A stretch of DNA of 64,000 nucleotides from Eledone cirrhosa. Its lineage: Eukaryota. Shown one piece after another: positions 1-14,080 of this stretch. The notes below the pieces were generated by a model that saw nothing but the letters and a program-made list of their open reading frames with translations, searched no databases and had not been told where the DNA came from. Positions within the stretch are counted from its first letter, which is position 1, and every line of letters begins with the position of its first letter. The position numbers and the translations under genes were made by a program. Where the stretch lies: positions 160,084,001-160,148,000 of the forward strand of contig OZ024743.1 of NCBI GenBank assembly GCA_964016885.1, in the 5' to 3' direction.

Positions 1-964
1 TATTGTTTAGATTAGGCCATCCATGACTGAGCAGCACTGTGATAATACGCATTCAGGCAGTGCACCTCTCACTATTTTATTCTGGTATAGAATATGTACA
101 AAATGTCCAGTGTGACCATGTCTTTATCTCAGAAGAATTTGAGGGAGATTTAATCTAATTTGCCAGGAGTTAGATAGACACTTGATGAGCTTTCTCACTC
201 TCCATTTTAGAGTACATGTTTATGTTCATGGTTTTATATAGGTGTGAGTATATACATATGTGCAGTTCACATATCTATGTCTGTGCTAATGCGTGTGTGT
301 GTGTAACAATTATTGACAACGTAGTTTTTGATACGATGTTTGTCAGTTCTGTCAATTTCTGCCTTCTCACCTCTACACGATTTCCATTTTTGGCTTATCT
401 CTTGCTCTCAAGATAATTTTTCTCTCACGCCTTCTAATTCTGCCGATGCATCAGTAATACATAATGACATTAGTAGTAACATCACTTCCATTTGATGAGT
501 TACATGTTATATATATGTACATATATATATATGTGTGTGTGTATGTGTATGTGTGTGTGTGTGTGTATGTGTGTGCGTATCCAAAGATAAATAAATATAT
601 ATTCGCACAACCAGATAAGATACTTACGGTGAGGCATATAATATATAAATTCTAATTAAGCCTATATTTAAAATAATGTCGATTATCAATTATGCACTGT
701 GATTTTATTTAATTAGCACGTTGCCGACAAATGAGTGGTTACGAAAACTTGACTGGCTATTTCCTTGGAGTCCTGGAGTTCTATTTCGTATATATAGACT
801 TCAATCTCTCGGTGGACAGAAATTGAAGGTTCTTGTTCTCTTAAGCATTCGCAAAATCCAATATGACTAAACAATCCCATTTTTGTCCTATCGCTGCAAG
901 GTATAACATTGTTTACATTTTTCACTATTTGCAACAAAGCTTGTAAGTTAATTGCCATATATAT

Positions 965-2400
965 ATATAGTTCAAAACGACCAACAAACGCAGGGGTCAA
1001 TTGTTCATAGTTGTATTAGGTTCCAGGCTTGGAGAGAGTGGGGGAGGTTCCAACATTTTGGACTTAAGTCCTTCATCAGGAAAGTTGAGAGGAATTCCAA
1101 GAGGGAGTAAGGACGGAAATCGAACAAGAACACGAAAAGGAGGAAAAGTAAAAAATAAAAACAGAATTTAAAAAGAGAAAAATAAAGGTGGTGGAAGGGG
1201 AGGTTGACAAGGGTGTGGTAAGGTGTATAGGGATGGGTGGAGGTTAAAGGGGAGAAAAAGGGTGAGTTGGGAGGGCAAGGAAGGAGTCCGGGCCAGGATG
1301 GTGGAAGGTAAGGTGTGTCTGTATGTGTAGATGTAAGTGTGTGTGTGTATGTGTGGATGTAAGTATGAGAGTCTGGAAGGAAGCGAGTGTATGTGAATGT
1401 AGGTTTCGAAAAAGCATTGTGTGTGTGTGTTGGGGTGGAGTATATATCTGTGCGTGTATAGTCCCTGTATGGGTGTTGGTGTTTATGTGTGTGGGGGGGA
1501 TGGAGGGGGCCGGGTGGGGAAGAACGTGTCAATCCGGAGCCGGTGCGGGGTGAAGTGTGGGTGTATGTGTAGAGGTGAGTGTGTGTGTGTGTGGTTAAAG
1601 GGAGGGGATGCGTGGTGTGTCTGCAGGCGATGTGGATTCGTGAAAGGTGCTTAGTTACATGTGTGCGTAAATGGTGCAAGTGCTTGTTTGTGTCTATGTT
1701 TGTGTATGGATTTTGGTGAGTGAGTGGGTGTGTGGATGGTAAAAACCCGAGGGTACAGCGAGTAGATTACAGCATGGTAAAGTCCCAGTGCGAGGAAGAG
1801 AAATATGGCGATGAGGAAGTGAAATGGCAGTGTGGCGTGCACAACCAGAACTGGTCAAGTCGAAAGAGTGGGAGTAGAGGGTGGTGATGGCAGGTCAATG
1901 TGTGAGAGGGAGGAGAGGATGTGGTGCCAACAAAACAAAACAAGGTGGGTGAGAGCAGTTGTGCCGCTATGTGTACTTGAGCTGTGTAGACAGACAAGTC
2001 TGTATTGAAGGAGGTGGCTGAGAGTAGCATGTGTATGTGAATGTGTGTATGGAGTAATGTGTATGTGTGTGTAGAAAGCGTAGTAGACATGCGAGGAAGT
2101 AGAGTCAGTGTGTGTGGGGGAGGGTTCTGTCGATCGGTGATTTGATGTGTATATAACGTAAGTGAGAGTATATACTAGTGTGTATGTTTAGGGCGTGAGG
2201 GCGTGGGTGTTTTTATTGTGTGAGGGCTGGGTAGGGGATGGAGTCAGGTGTGTGGTGGGGATTTAGTGAATTAGAGAGTGAAGGAGGAGTTGGTGGTGTG
2301 ATGAGAGGGTAGGGGTTAGTTGTGTTAGTGGGGGTGTGTGGGTAGAGGTTAGTGGTGATAGTATGGGGTGAAGGGAGAGAGGAAGGTGTGATACACACAC
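965..2400 (-). mobile_element. Probable 3' non-coding part of a Penelope-like element (CA-rich UTR ending in an HHR and a short tail at a TA tract)
   Basis: No real ORF. The layout (CA-rich UTR, CTGATGAAGGAC..GTCC hammerhead, ~80-nt tail, TA) mirrors the 3' end of the PLE at 49850-51800. Confidence 0.45.
1047..1083 (-). ncRNA. Degenerate minimal hammerhead ribozyme
   Basis: Minus strand: ttc CTGATGA a GGAC ttaa GTCC AAAA tgttggaa. GAAA reads AAAA, consistent with CpG decay. Confidence 0.55.
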
Positions 2401-3089
2401 ACGTATATATATTATATGATAGCTTTTTTCTTTAACAATGATAACAAAGGCAAGTTATTTTACATATCCTATTCATTGATCGTTTCGTAGGATTGATCTT
2501 TTCGATACATTGCCTGATCTGTAGCAGTTATAGAACTGTATATAATCAGGCATAGTATATGGGGTCAATCATACTGTCTTCTTCGGAGATTCGTCCCAAA
2601 AGTAAGTGTGCTGAGGTTTTATGTAAATGCATATTAGACTTACAAGAAACTACAAGTTATCTCCTTCAAGATTCGACCCATGGCAAGTCACACAATATTT
2701 TGTGTTTTCAACTTAAGGAAGAGGTAGATATCACACCGATATAGATCTGGCTGCAGGGAAGATGTGGAAGAGTGGAATGTTGTTTTTTTTCTCCAGAGAT
2801 TCTCTAATTGAAAGTGCTATGTGAGCAGGGCCGTTATCGTGGTGCACAAATCAATCTCCTGCAATGAACTTTCGGACTCGCTTGACCCATTTTCAAACAC
2901 AAATATAATTATATCAGAACTTTGTCACAAGAACATTGGGAGGATACAAAATATGGGTCGCTAGATAATCATAATTATCAACATTTACATAAGATAACAG
3001 AGGCGGAAGAAGCAAATGAAGAATAGGAGCATATAAATGCAATAAAAATGTTGGATACACTTATTAGTAACAAAAATAAAAAAAGAATA

Positions 3090-3890
3090 GAAGAAGGGTT
3101 AATTCCTATTTTAATCCAACTCTCAACTTAAATGTTTCTACTAATATACGAAGAGTATTCTTCTCTATTATTGAAAAAATTCCCACTTAATCACAAATAA
3201 CATAATTTAATTAATAAAAAATACCATTAAAATCTCTTATTCTACCACACCTAACATTGCTAATCACATAGCGGGTAGTAATAACACGAACATTAATAAA
3301 TGTTTTACTTCTTACAACTATAATAATTCGCAACCAGTAGATACGCTTAGCAAATTGTACCTAATAATATTAGTACCACGCTCATTATACATTAATATCT
3401 AGGACGTATAGGAATATTAATAGCAATTCTAGCACTCATACATCTAATTTTAATAACTCTTCACACATTTACCCACAAAACTGTTCAATCAATACCTATA
3501 ACTGTAGTTGTAGACCTAAAATGTATGCCGTCTAAATAGGAATTGCCTTGTTAAGAATATTGTTTATTCCTGTACTGTCACCATTCCCACTAACTCCAAA
3601 ACCTATATCAGTTCTACTTCGAGTAGTTTAAGACGAGGTGTAATTCCCCTCTTCATACTTTCAAGAACTAAGCTTAAGCATGCAACTTCTTTGTCTGGCT
3701 TTATATCATTTTTTTAAGAGTAATAATACACCTTACACTCTGACCCGGAATGTGATTGTCAAAACTTCGTATAAACCTCCCAATAAATGTTGTAACCTTT
3801 GCCTTCTTGAGTCTCGTGCTATTATTTATTCTAAACGAAATTTATCAAATAGGAAATCTGAAATTGTTCTACTTGTCCTCATATTAATCA
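3090..3890 (+). pseudogene. PLE linker plus GIY-YIG endonuclease remnant (frameshifted)
   Basis: Motifs LKISYSTTPNIANHI, NC.C...LNRNCLVKNIVYSCTV..KTYI.ST, CNLCLLES and SNRKSEI match the ORF at 54396-55663. Confidence 0.8.
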
Positions 3891-5663
3891 CCATTCCTTT
3901 CACTATTTTAGACCTAATAACTAATTTATATCAATGTAGATTTATACCTTTTTTTCAGTAACATTAGTATCATTGAATAGTTAAACCTAAAAGTTTATAA
4001 TAGGTTTAAATATATATAGTGTCTACCATACTTCACACATCTCCTCTCTGATCCCTTCTATTAGGATTACAATGTATGATAACCACCCCTTCATATTTAG
4101 GCAACTTATTATTACATTATTTCCAAACAAGCCCCACTTATATTTATTTTTGCTAATATTATATATAACTAGTGGTTTTCTGCTAGCATGTGTAGTGTGT
4201 ATATTGATATTATACGCAAGTATATATACATGTAGATATGATACATCAAATAAAATCGTAATTGACAATATAAACAGACGTTGTTACACTGTCTTATGTA
4301 ATCAGTAACGCAATCCATGATACATTAAAAAAATTCGATATTATATATAAACTGCATTAGGAGAAAATTAGTGACAGAAAATTAGTATGTTTATTTAAGT
4401 GATCGCCACCGGAAGTGTTGACATCACACACTCTCTCTTTCCATATATATGGTAGTTGAAGTGGTGGCAACGATATACCGGAACACAACTTTGAAAAGAA
4501 GTCAATTTTAAATTATTTATTTTTACGAAATTATTTTTGTTTACGAAATTTAGTAAATAAATTATGTAATATTCATTCATTATTTATTCAAAGTAATCCA
4601 ACTTACTTTACTAACGAGATAAAAAAATTAAATCGTACGCAGTCCCGCAGACCTTCCTTTATTATAGTTTACCATAGCCTCATACTTTATGTTTTTTATA
4701 GTATCTTTTCAATACTTGTATAATTAACTAATATAATTCTTTATCATTTAATATTGCTTAACATTCTATGTATATATAATTAATTTCTTTTAATAATACA
4801 TAGCATTTTAGTATACTTAGATAATTTTTTATCTATATTTTGTAAACTTTTTTTTAAATTCTTTAGTTCTATACAATCATTAGCCCTAATTTTCTTTCAA
4901 GTCGATACATCTTTACATATTAAAACTTTCTATTTTTCCTTATTAATATATAGTAACTATCTAATATATAGAATATCTTACAGGAATTACCTCGCTTTAA
5001 TTTTATTTTCGACTTAACCGTTTTTTCAATGATTAATTCTTTAAATTCCATTCTAAAATAGAGTTTGTTTACGCTTAAGGATATATGACCTTGTCTGCTC
5101 TAATCAACTATGTGGTACTTTTGGATGATGTGTCTTGACAACACTTCGATCTATATTTGATTATTTACTTTGATGATTCTATTTACTCAACATTAACTCC
5201 TTTGGACGGTTTGAAAAATAATAATTATTATTATGACAGAATATAGTAGTCGAACTTTTTTAAATGCATTATTGAAAATATTTTTGGAGATGTATTTTTA
5301 AATTTTCAAATTTATATTTGAATTGCATGCTTTCTCTTAATAATTTTATTAATTTTCTTTACTGCTTATGATATATGTTTTTCGCTGTACTTAACCTTTC
5401 TGTGGCAACATGTTTTATAACTTTTCTGTAACAGCATGCTTTTAATATTTTTTAATTGTCAATTTTTAATTTTTAATGCTTTTATCTGCTCCTAATTTTT
5501 AGTGCATTCATAAGTTCCGATTCTTCATATGCTTCTTCCACCTTTGTTATCTTATGTAAATGTTGGTACTTATGCTTATCTAGCCTGCTATATTATGTAT
5601 CCTCCTAATGTTCTTGTGACAAAGTTCTGATATTATTATATTTGTATTTGACCTTTATTATCG

Positions 5664-5708
5664 ACTCCGATGGGACCGGCCTTGTGCTAGGATGAAACGA
5701 TTGTAAGT
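5664..5708 (+). ncRNA. Degenerate hammerhead ribozyme in a PLE terminal repeat
   Basis: act CCGATGG ... GAAA cgattg TA agt. Stem I is act/agt and stem III is near-palindromic, but the core is altered. Confidence 0.5.
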
Positions 5709-5745
5709 GATTAAATGATTTAAACACTCTTTGATTGTCATTTAC

Positions 5746-6660
<915 letters not shown>

Positions 6661-6667
6661 TTATGAG

Positions 6668-6744
6668 ACATATAAATATATATATATATATACACACACA
6701 TTCACACCTACACTCACACACACACACACACACACGCACGCACG

Positions 6745-6813
<69 letters not shown>

Positions 6814-6892
6814 ACACCCACCCACACACCCACACACACACACACCCACACACACACATCCACCCACACATACATACATATAAATATATATA
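6668..6892. repeat. (TA)n/(CA)n compound microsatellite
   Basis: Directly visible. Confidence 0.9.
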
Positions 6893-7006
6893 AAGTAGGG
6901 CAACTCTAAATCAATTATAACTCTAGTCAGGTTACTTAATTTTGTAGTAAAAGGAGTAACGTGTTTTATGTTGACAAGAAGGAAATATCTCATTTTTAGC
7001 ATTTAA

Positions 7007-7365
7007 TCAGTTCAAATTGGATGTCAATGTTTCTAACGTCTCGGTTAACCAAAGATTGCATTTGGATCTATTTCCCGCATAAGGCCTTGCTGTACTAATT
7101 AGAAACCATTTAATATTATATTTAATCTTATCTTCTTTAAGGGAGCAGCTTATTATTGCCCGAGAAGCTGTATTTTTAAGTTTGTTATCTTTAAATGAAT
7201 TAGTGTGAGCATCGTATCTAGTTTTGAATTTATTGGCAGTAACACCTATATAATTAAAGCAAGTATCACTAGTTGAAACCTCACATCTATAAATATTATT
7301 TGTTTTAAGGCATTTACCCCCAATTGGGTACTTATTAGAAATTCTGCAATTACAATTGATCCCCA
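7007..7365 (-). pseudogene. PLE GIY-YIG endonuclease fragment
   Basis: CNCR..YPIGGKCL..NNIYRCEV..NYIGVTANKFKTRY.AH.NSF..KCNLWLTE. Confidence 0.85.
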
Positions 7366-7744
7366 AAAGCAATAATTAATAATATTTCTAAAAGAATAAG
7401 TACGCTTTCGACGAATATTGATGTTTTAATCAGAATACTAATTAGAATATAATGAGGCCATACATAGATCAGGATACAAAGAAAAAATAATATATAACGT
7501 TACTGATAAAAGAAGTTTTAATAAAAATCTTCAAGGAATGGCAATAAATCTACATATGTTTTTCATAATGATAGAAATAAAAATAAAAATAAGAATGCTA
7601 TGACTAAAACTGATAATTCGTCTTAACCAACTAATTACCTTAAAAATGACAACTTTAATCTAAACTTAATTGATTAAGTAGGTAGTAGTATAGATGATAC
7701 ACTAATTAAATCGAGTAATTATAATATAAGGTTCAAATTGATAA

Positions 7745-7920
7745 GGAAAAAGCGCATCTGATATAATCCTCCATTCGGTATTCAGGTTACTTCTAATATA
7801 CTAGTTTCCGCACAATCATAGATATTATAAGATACTAAACAGAAATAATGTAAAATTGTCCTTTTCTACAACCACTAAATTGGCGGATTACATAACAATG
7901 AATAATAAAAAGAAACTTAA
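7745..7920 (+). pseudogene. PLE linker fragment, opposite orientation to the 7007-7365 fragment
   Basis: I*YNPPFG.QV..FPHNHRYYKILNRNNVKLSFSTT, equivalent to [20 protein letters not shown] in the 54.4-kb ORF. Confidence 0.7.
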
Positions 7921-9402
7921 TTCCTTTAGAGTAAATAGTAGATTTATGATTGATCTAATACCGAAATAATATCGGTATTCGTACCACTAATAATACTAAT
8001 CGCAACAATATCTTGGTTGACAATAATAAAATTGATGAATGTATTTCCACTCTTAATATCGCAAATACAACACTCACTAATCTTGGTAATGATAGTGAAA
8101 CTGATATTTGGAATAATGGTAGTATTGTTAACAATAATGTAAACACTCAAATCATTAGTAGGGTGTCTGGAACGGATATTGACACCAAGGAATGTGGTAT
8201 ACCAATAACATTATTGCTAGAGGAAATAATAATAAGGATATAATCAATAATAATAGTAGACTTTGGGGATCAATTGTAATTGTAGAATTCATAATAATTT
8301 CCCATTTCGGGCTAAATGTCTTAAAACTAATGTTATTAATAGTCTCTCCCCCTCTGATAAAGTTTTTGTTTATATATGTGTAGCAACATAATGCGTATAT
8401 CACTGCTTTGTTGGGCACAAAGAAAGGGGAAATGTGAGAGACCGAGTAAAGAGAATAGAAATGCAAAATGTAGCTGTGTCCGCATTCCAAATTGCTTATC
8501 TCACTGCATTCTGTTATCTTTGCTTACCATTAAAATGTATGGGTAAATGAAAACACAAGACATAACTTTAAACATTTCCATATATAATATTACAACAATT
8601 GTATTGAAAAATGTATTTTCAAAATAAATATTTAAAATGTGCTCATACATATATACAACCCTACATACAGACAAACAAACAAATATAACTATCATGTATA
8701 CAATGTAAGCGAACATACAGATATGCATTGACATGTGCAGTGAGTAATTGCGCTAAAAAGTCTAATGGTAAGAATAGAACTTACAATCATTCATTTGTAT
8801 TCCATATTCTCTAAAAAGACATAAAAAAAGATGTATTTTTAGAGAATTTGAATCATAACTGAAGTAAATAAAAATGAAAAAAAAAATGTTCAAAGCACTA
8901 TTTCGATCTCTGTGTTTCAGGATGATTATCATACTTATGTATTACAGAAAATAACTATATTTTTCAAGTTTCGTTACTTTAATAAGCAATCTCAATCTGA
9001 TAAAATCTAAAAATAACTTGGAAAATTAGTTGCAATGAAATTTTTTCTGCCAAACAAAGAATTTCTAATATTCCTAGAAACCTATTATTCTCTGACGTTT
9101 TGTTTCCATTATCTCTTACAAATTTCTCGTCACTGACGTGAACCATTTTTGTTTTGCAACAGAATCTTTACGGTATATTATATGCATCTTTAAATGGAAA
9201 CAAAGAATATTTAATGTAACAACAGCAACAACAGAAAGGATCGTACGAAATAGGACGTAAACTACAAATATTATGAGCCTGGAAGACAAGCCTATGTGTG
9301 TATATATATGTGTGTGTGGGGGGGGGGAGTGTATGAGTGTACGTCTCTCTTCCTCTCTCTCTCTATATATATACACATATATATATACATAGACACATAC
9401 AT

Positions 9403-9485
<83 letters not shown>

Positions 9486-9976
9486 TATATATATATGTAT
9501 ATATATAATCATTATCGGGCACATGAAAATATTTAAATTTCTTGAAATCGTTGATACAAGATTTAATCGATACAATGTGAAATAATTACACTATGAAATA
9601 TTTAGAATGTTGTGCAACTGAAGCGATAACAAATCGCTTATTTAAACAAATTGTTTTCTCTCTTCCATGCACATCCCATAATTATCCTATACCAGCGGCA
9701 CATTAAGTAGTATGTACCATGTCTGTACTTGGCTTAAGTGAATTTGGATGCTATTTCAAGAAAGTCAAAATGTGAATTAGGTGGTCATAAAGACGGGTCT
9801 CTATCGATCATAAAGATGAACGTAGAGGCCGAACTCTTAACATTATCCATTGTAAAAATAAATTCAGAAATCTCTATTTACACTGCGGTATCTTTTACAG
9901 TGCGGTTCTTTGAAAATGAAAGAAAATACGATATGAATAAAATTGATAAAGTCAGGCATTATTACTTATGACTAAA

Positions 9977-10187
9977 GAGCGGTGGATTGACAGTATCAGT
10001 AGAGCACCGGGCAACATGTTTTGCAGCATAGAGTTACGGCCCTTTTACAATCTGAGTTAAAAGCCTGCCGAGGTTAGCTTTGCCTTTCATCCTTACGAGA
10101 TTGATAAAATAAAGCACCAGTAATGCACTCGGATCGATGTATTCGACCTTTACCTTCCTCTAAATGTCTGGCCTTGTACCTAAATCT
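9977..10187 (+). mobile_element. tRNA-derived SINE (diverged copy)
   Basis: Degenerate A/B boxes followed by the gcctttcatcc..gataaaataaag.accag core shared with other copies. Confidence 0.8.
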
Positions 10188-10640
10188 TATTGTTACTTAT
10201 AAGAAGTGGTTAAATGACATATTAATATATTTCTTATAAAATCGAAATTTGGTTTTTCATTTAATAAAATGCGTTGTGAATTGATGGTTAATAAAATTAT
10301 GTATTTAAAAGGAAGAAATATGTATTTATCAATGTACCAATACCGTATATTTAGGCGAATTTCCATAATGATAATAAATAACTCGAAGAAGGAAAATGAC
10401 AATAATACTTTAGATTTGTTCGTAATTTCCATAAATAACTCTGCGAATAGTATGGATTACATATTCCTGGAAGGATATTTTATATTCCTATATATCAGTT
10501 ATATTCCGAGTCAAGGCATGAATTTTAACCAGATTAGAACCCCATGGGGTGCTAATGTGTAAACTCAATTTCTAACGAGTGCCATCCAGTTATGTGGTGC
10601 ACGTATCCCCTCATACGCGCAGAATGTATTCTACATACAC

Positions 10641-10830
10641 AATTGTCTCTACTTTAGGCACTAGATCATGAATTATCCCAGTGCATTACTGGTACTTTAT
10701 TTTATCGACCCAGTGAAGATGAAAGGCAAAGGTAACCTCGGCGGAATTAGAACTCAGACTGTAAAAGACTGTAACTCTATGCTGAAAAGCATGGCATCTG
10801 ACCCTCTATCGATACTGCCTATTCACCGCA
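10641..10830 (-). mobile_element. tRNA-derived SINE
   Basis: Reverse complement of the 12288-12475 family. Confidence 0.85.
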
Positions 10831-11644
10831 TATTCTACATGCATAATGAAAAATATGATTTGTCTCAAATAGGTTATGCAATGAGCTAAGATTATTGAGG
10901 CAATTATTAGACAATATTGATCTTTAGAAATTTCAAATCCATTCTTCCGTCTTTATATTTATAAGGTCAACTTTTAGTCTTGTAAATTGGGTAACACTTA
11001 CAGTGCTAATAAATTTAAATTGGAAAGAAAGGGTATTTTGCTTTCAGTATTTGGTTCTAATGACAAAATGTATTTCTACAGGCATTTTGTATTAGTTAAC
11101 AAATCTTGAGCAAATAGTCTTATTGAAATTATTTCCCTTATTTGTTGATTTTAGGATGTAAATTACTCTAAAGTGAGGTTTTGTCTACTAATTGCTTAAA
11201 AGATCCCATTTGATAGAGGTTTTACTATTTCAATAATCATCGTTTGTCAACCCACTTAAATCACTGTTGTTTTTATCATCACCATCACTACTAGCACCTC
11301 CATGACCACTACCATCACAAACACCCCCACCTCCACCAACAACGACACCATTTTCGCCGCTATCCCCATCACCACCACCAACATCATTATTATTATCTTC
11401 ATCATCATTGTCAAAATCCTCAACACCACTACCCCAATCCTTATGACCAATATCGTCCAAAGCACCACCACAACAAGAACAACCATCACCATCACCAAAA
11501 CACAACCGAACCACCACCACCACCATCCCGTTCATGATAATTAGGATCGCATTATCCAAATCTGTTCATGATTTTTGGACGATCGGTGTTAATTTGAGGT
11601 ACAGATGGTTGCTATTTTTAGCTGGCACTGTCTCCGCGTAGAAG

Positions 11645-11698
<54 letters not shown>

Positions 11699-11933
11699 TA
11701 TATAGAAACACACAGATACATGCGGACAACTACATATACATGAATATATCCACATATATCTTTGAATTAGTGGTGCCAACCTCAACCGATGTTGCTCTAT
11801 GAGTAACTGGGACAAAATAATCCGATTGGATTAGATTGATTCAGTATCAGAGCTATATAATACATTATGAAGAGAGAAGAAACATTAGATATAATTAATA
11901 ATAAGATATATCATACCTAAACTCCTTCTTTAC

Positions 11934-12026
11934 TCCTCGACTACGTAGTTTCGTGGCATATTATGCAAAAACACTACATCACAGAGATATAGAATTGTTG
12001 TGTGGTCTGCCGACTTATCAAGAGGA
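11934..12026 (-). ncRNA. Hammerhead ribozyme (U3-A8 core, long stem II), inverted copy
   Basis: Reverse complement of the 12136-12228 motif. Confidence 0.75.
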
Positions 12027-12135
12027 TACCTCAGCTCTGTTTCTTGACCGCTGTATCACGTGATTGACTCCCCCTCCGCCTTTCGGGATTCTATCTCGCG
12101 TCCTACGGACGTGTTTTGAAACTCTTAATGAGGTA

Positions 12136-12228
12136 TCCTCTTGATAAGTCGGCAGACCTCACAAAAATTCTATATCTCTGTGATGTAGTGTTTTTGCATA
12201 ATATGCCACGAAACTACGTAGTCGAGGA
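12136..12228 (+). ncRNA. Hammerhead ribozyme (U3-A8 core, ~60-nt stem II region)
   Basis: tcctc TTGATAA gtcggca...tgccac GAAA ctacgtag TC gagga. 5-bp stem I, palindromic stem III, GUC site. Confidence 0.8.
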
Positions 12229-12287
12229 GTATAGAAGGAGTTTAGGTATGATATATCTTATTATTAATTATATCTAATTATATCTAA

Positions 12288-12475
12288 GGGCGGTGAATTG
12301 GCAGTATCGGTAGAGGGTTGGACGCCATGCTTTCTAGCATAGTTACGTCCCTTTACAGTCTGAGTTCAAATCCCGCTGAGGTTAACTTTGCCTTTCATCC
12401 TTACGGGGTCGATAAAATAAAGTACCAGTAATGTACTGAGTAATTGTTGGCCTTGTGCCAAAAGTAGAAACAATT
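12288..12475 (+). mobile_element. tRNA-derived SINE inserted into the HHR element
   Basis: A box tggcagtatcggt and B box gagttcaaatcc. Flanking duplication taattatatctaa. Confidence 0.9.
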
Positions 12476-12936
12476 AATTATATCTAATGTTTCTTCTCTC
12501 TTCATAATGTATTATATAGCTCAGATATTGAATCAATCTAATCCATTCGGATTATTTTGTCCCAGTTACTCATAGAGCAACATAGGTTGAGGTTGGCACC
12601 GCTAATTCAAAGATATATGTGGATATATTCATGTATATCTATGTGTCCGCATGTATCTGTGTGTTTCTATATATTGTTTATAACACCCTTGGTCGAGTAA
12701 CCTTTGAAGTGTAGTGACTGCTGGAAAGATATCATTAATCATACTTCTCGCCACCTTAGCTACCTCTTCTACAGCTTTGATATAAGTACCCCCTCCGCCA
12801 ACGTGGGATTTTTTTCACGGTTATAAGAGGCTTAGCTCTGTTTCTTGACCGCTGTATCACGTGATTGACTCCCCCTCCGCCTTTCGGGATTCTACCTCGC
12901 GTCCTACAGACGTGTTTTGAATCTCTTAATGGGGTA

Positions 12937-13029
12937 TCCTATTGATAAGTCGGCAGACCTCACAAAAACGCTATATCTCTGTGGTGTAGTGTTTTTGCAT
13001 AATATGCCACGAAACTACGTAGTCGAGGA
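12937..13029 (+). ncRNA. Hammerhead ribozyme, second tandem copy
   Basis: Same motif as 12136-12228 with one stem-I mismatch. Confidence 0.7.
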
Positions 13030-13097
13030 GTAAAGAAGGAGTTTAGGTATGATATATCATATTATTAATTATATCTAATGTTTCTTCTCTCTTCATA

Positions 13098-13129
<32 letters not shown>

Positions 13130-13356
13130 CGGGATAACAAATTATTGTTATAGGTAGTCCACTTAGGTGTAGTCCAGTTATGGTACTCCGGCTAGTGGAT
13201 GATATCAACGCTTGGCTAAGTTTGACTCAACAAGGCGTTTCCATAGTGATGCTGCGAGTACGCTGTAATTCCTATGTTGTAAACACTTGGAGTAATAATA
13301 AATCAGGAAAGAAGAGTGACACGGTTTGCTATACAAAAAAGGTTTTTAATCTCATT

Positions 13357-13462
13357 GCTGACAATTGTTTCTCTGAACTGGTAGGTCTAGAGATCGCTAC
13401 TCGCTTATTTTCACGTTACTCGATCACCAATAAAAAGTTATAACCAGTCAATTCATCGGAGC
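13357..13462 (-). ncRNA. Hammerhead ribozyme variant with long stem II (left arm)
   Basis: Reverse complement of the 13869-13974 motif. Confidence 0.6.
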
Positions 13463-13868
13463 TTGTGAGAATGAAAATAATATACAGGCATGGCTACTAT
13501 ATATAGTAGTAATGGCATTCAATCAGAACAATAACAACAATATTAACAATGTTAGCAATACATTATTTAAAATAATCACAACATCAATCTAGGTGGGAAG
13601 TATAGTACATCTACGATTTTAGCGTGTAAAATTAGCTGACATGAGGCAGATGTATAAAATTGACATGTAAAAGCTGTCGTCAATGTTATACATCTGCCTC
13701 ATGTCAGCTAGTTTTACACGCTAAAATCGTAGATATACTATACTTCCCACCTAGATTGATGTGATTATTTTATATAATTTATTGCTAGCATTATTGTTAT
13801 TGTGCTGATTGAATGCCATTACTACTATATATAGTAGCCATGCCTGTTTATTCTTTTCATTCTCACAA

Positions 13869-13974
13869 GCTCCGATGAATTGACTGGTTATAACTTTGTA
13901 TTGGTGATCGAGTAACGTGAAAAAAAGCCGGTAGCGATCTCTAGATCTACCAGATCAGAGAAACAATTGTCAGC
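13869..13974 (+). ncRNA. Hammerhead ribozyme variant with ~80-nt stem II region
   Basis: gct CCGATGA a ttgactggt...accagatcag a GAAA caattg TC agc. Palindromic stem III, GUC site, U4C core change. Confidence 0.65.
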
Positions 13975-14027
13975 AATGAGATTAAAAACCTTTTTTGTAT
14001 AGCAAACCGTGTCAATCTTCTTTCCTG

Positions 14028-14080
<53 letters not shown>

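Larger units (their letters stand above)
11690..13105 (+). mobile_element. ORF-less HHR element as an inverted plus partial tandem insertion in (TA)n
   Basis: 11690-12032 is the reverse complement of 12130-12675 (minus the SINE). 12033-12278 is repeated at 12834-13080. TA tracts lie on both sides. Confidence 0.85.
13130..14032. mobile_element. Fold-back element (~360-bp inverted arms plus ~170-bp tail) in (TA)n, with an HHR in each arm
   Basis: 13299-13663 is approximately the reverse complement of 13679-14032. Confidence 0.85.

Noticed and set aside
2470-2592. Minus-strand CCGAAGA...GAAACGATC with nested hairpins as another long-stem-II HHR
   Set aside because: No UH site or convincing stem I; too decayed to call.
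11230-11559. Gly/Asp-rich or Thr/Ile-rich ORFs
   Set aside because: Degenerate (CAC/CAT/CAA)n low-complexity tract. The same applies to 42470-42560.
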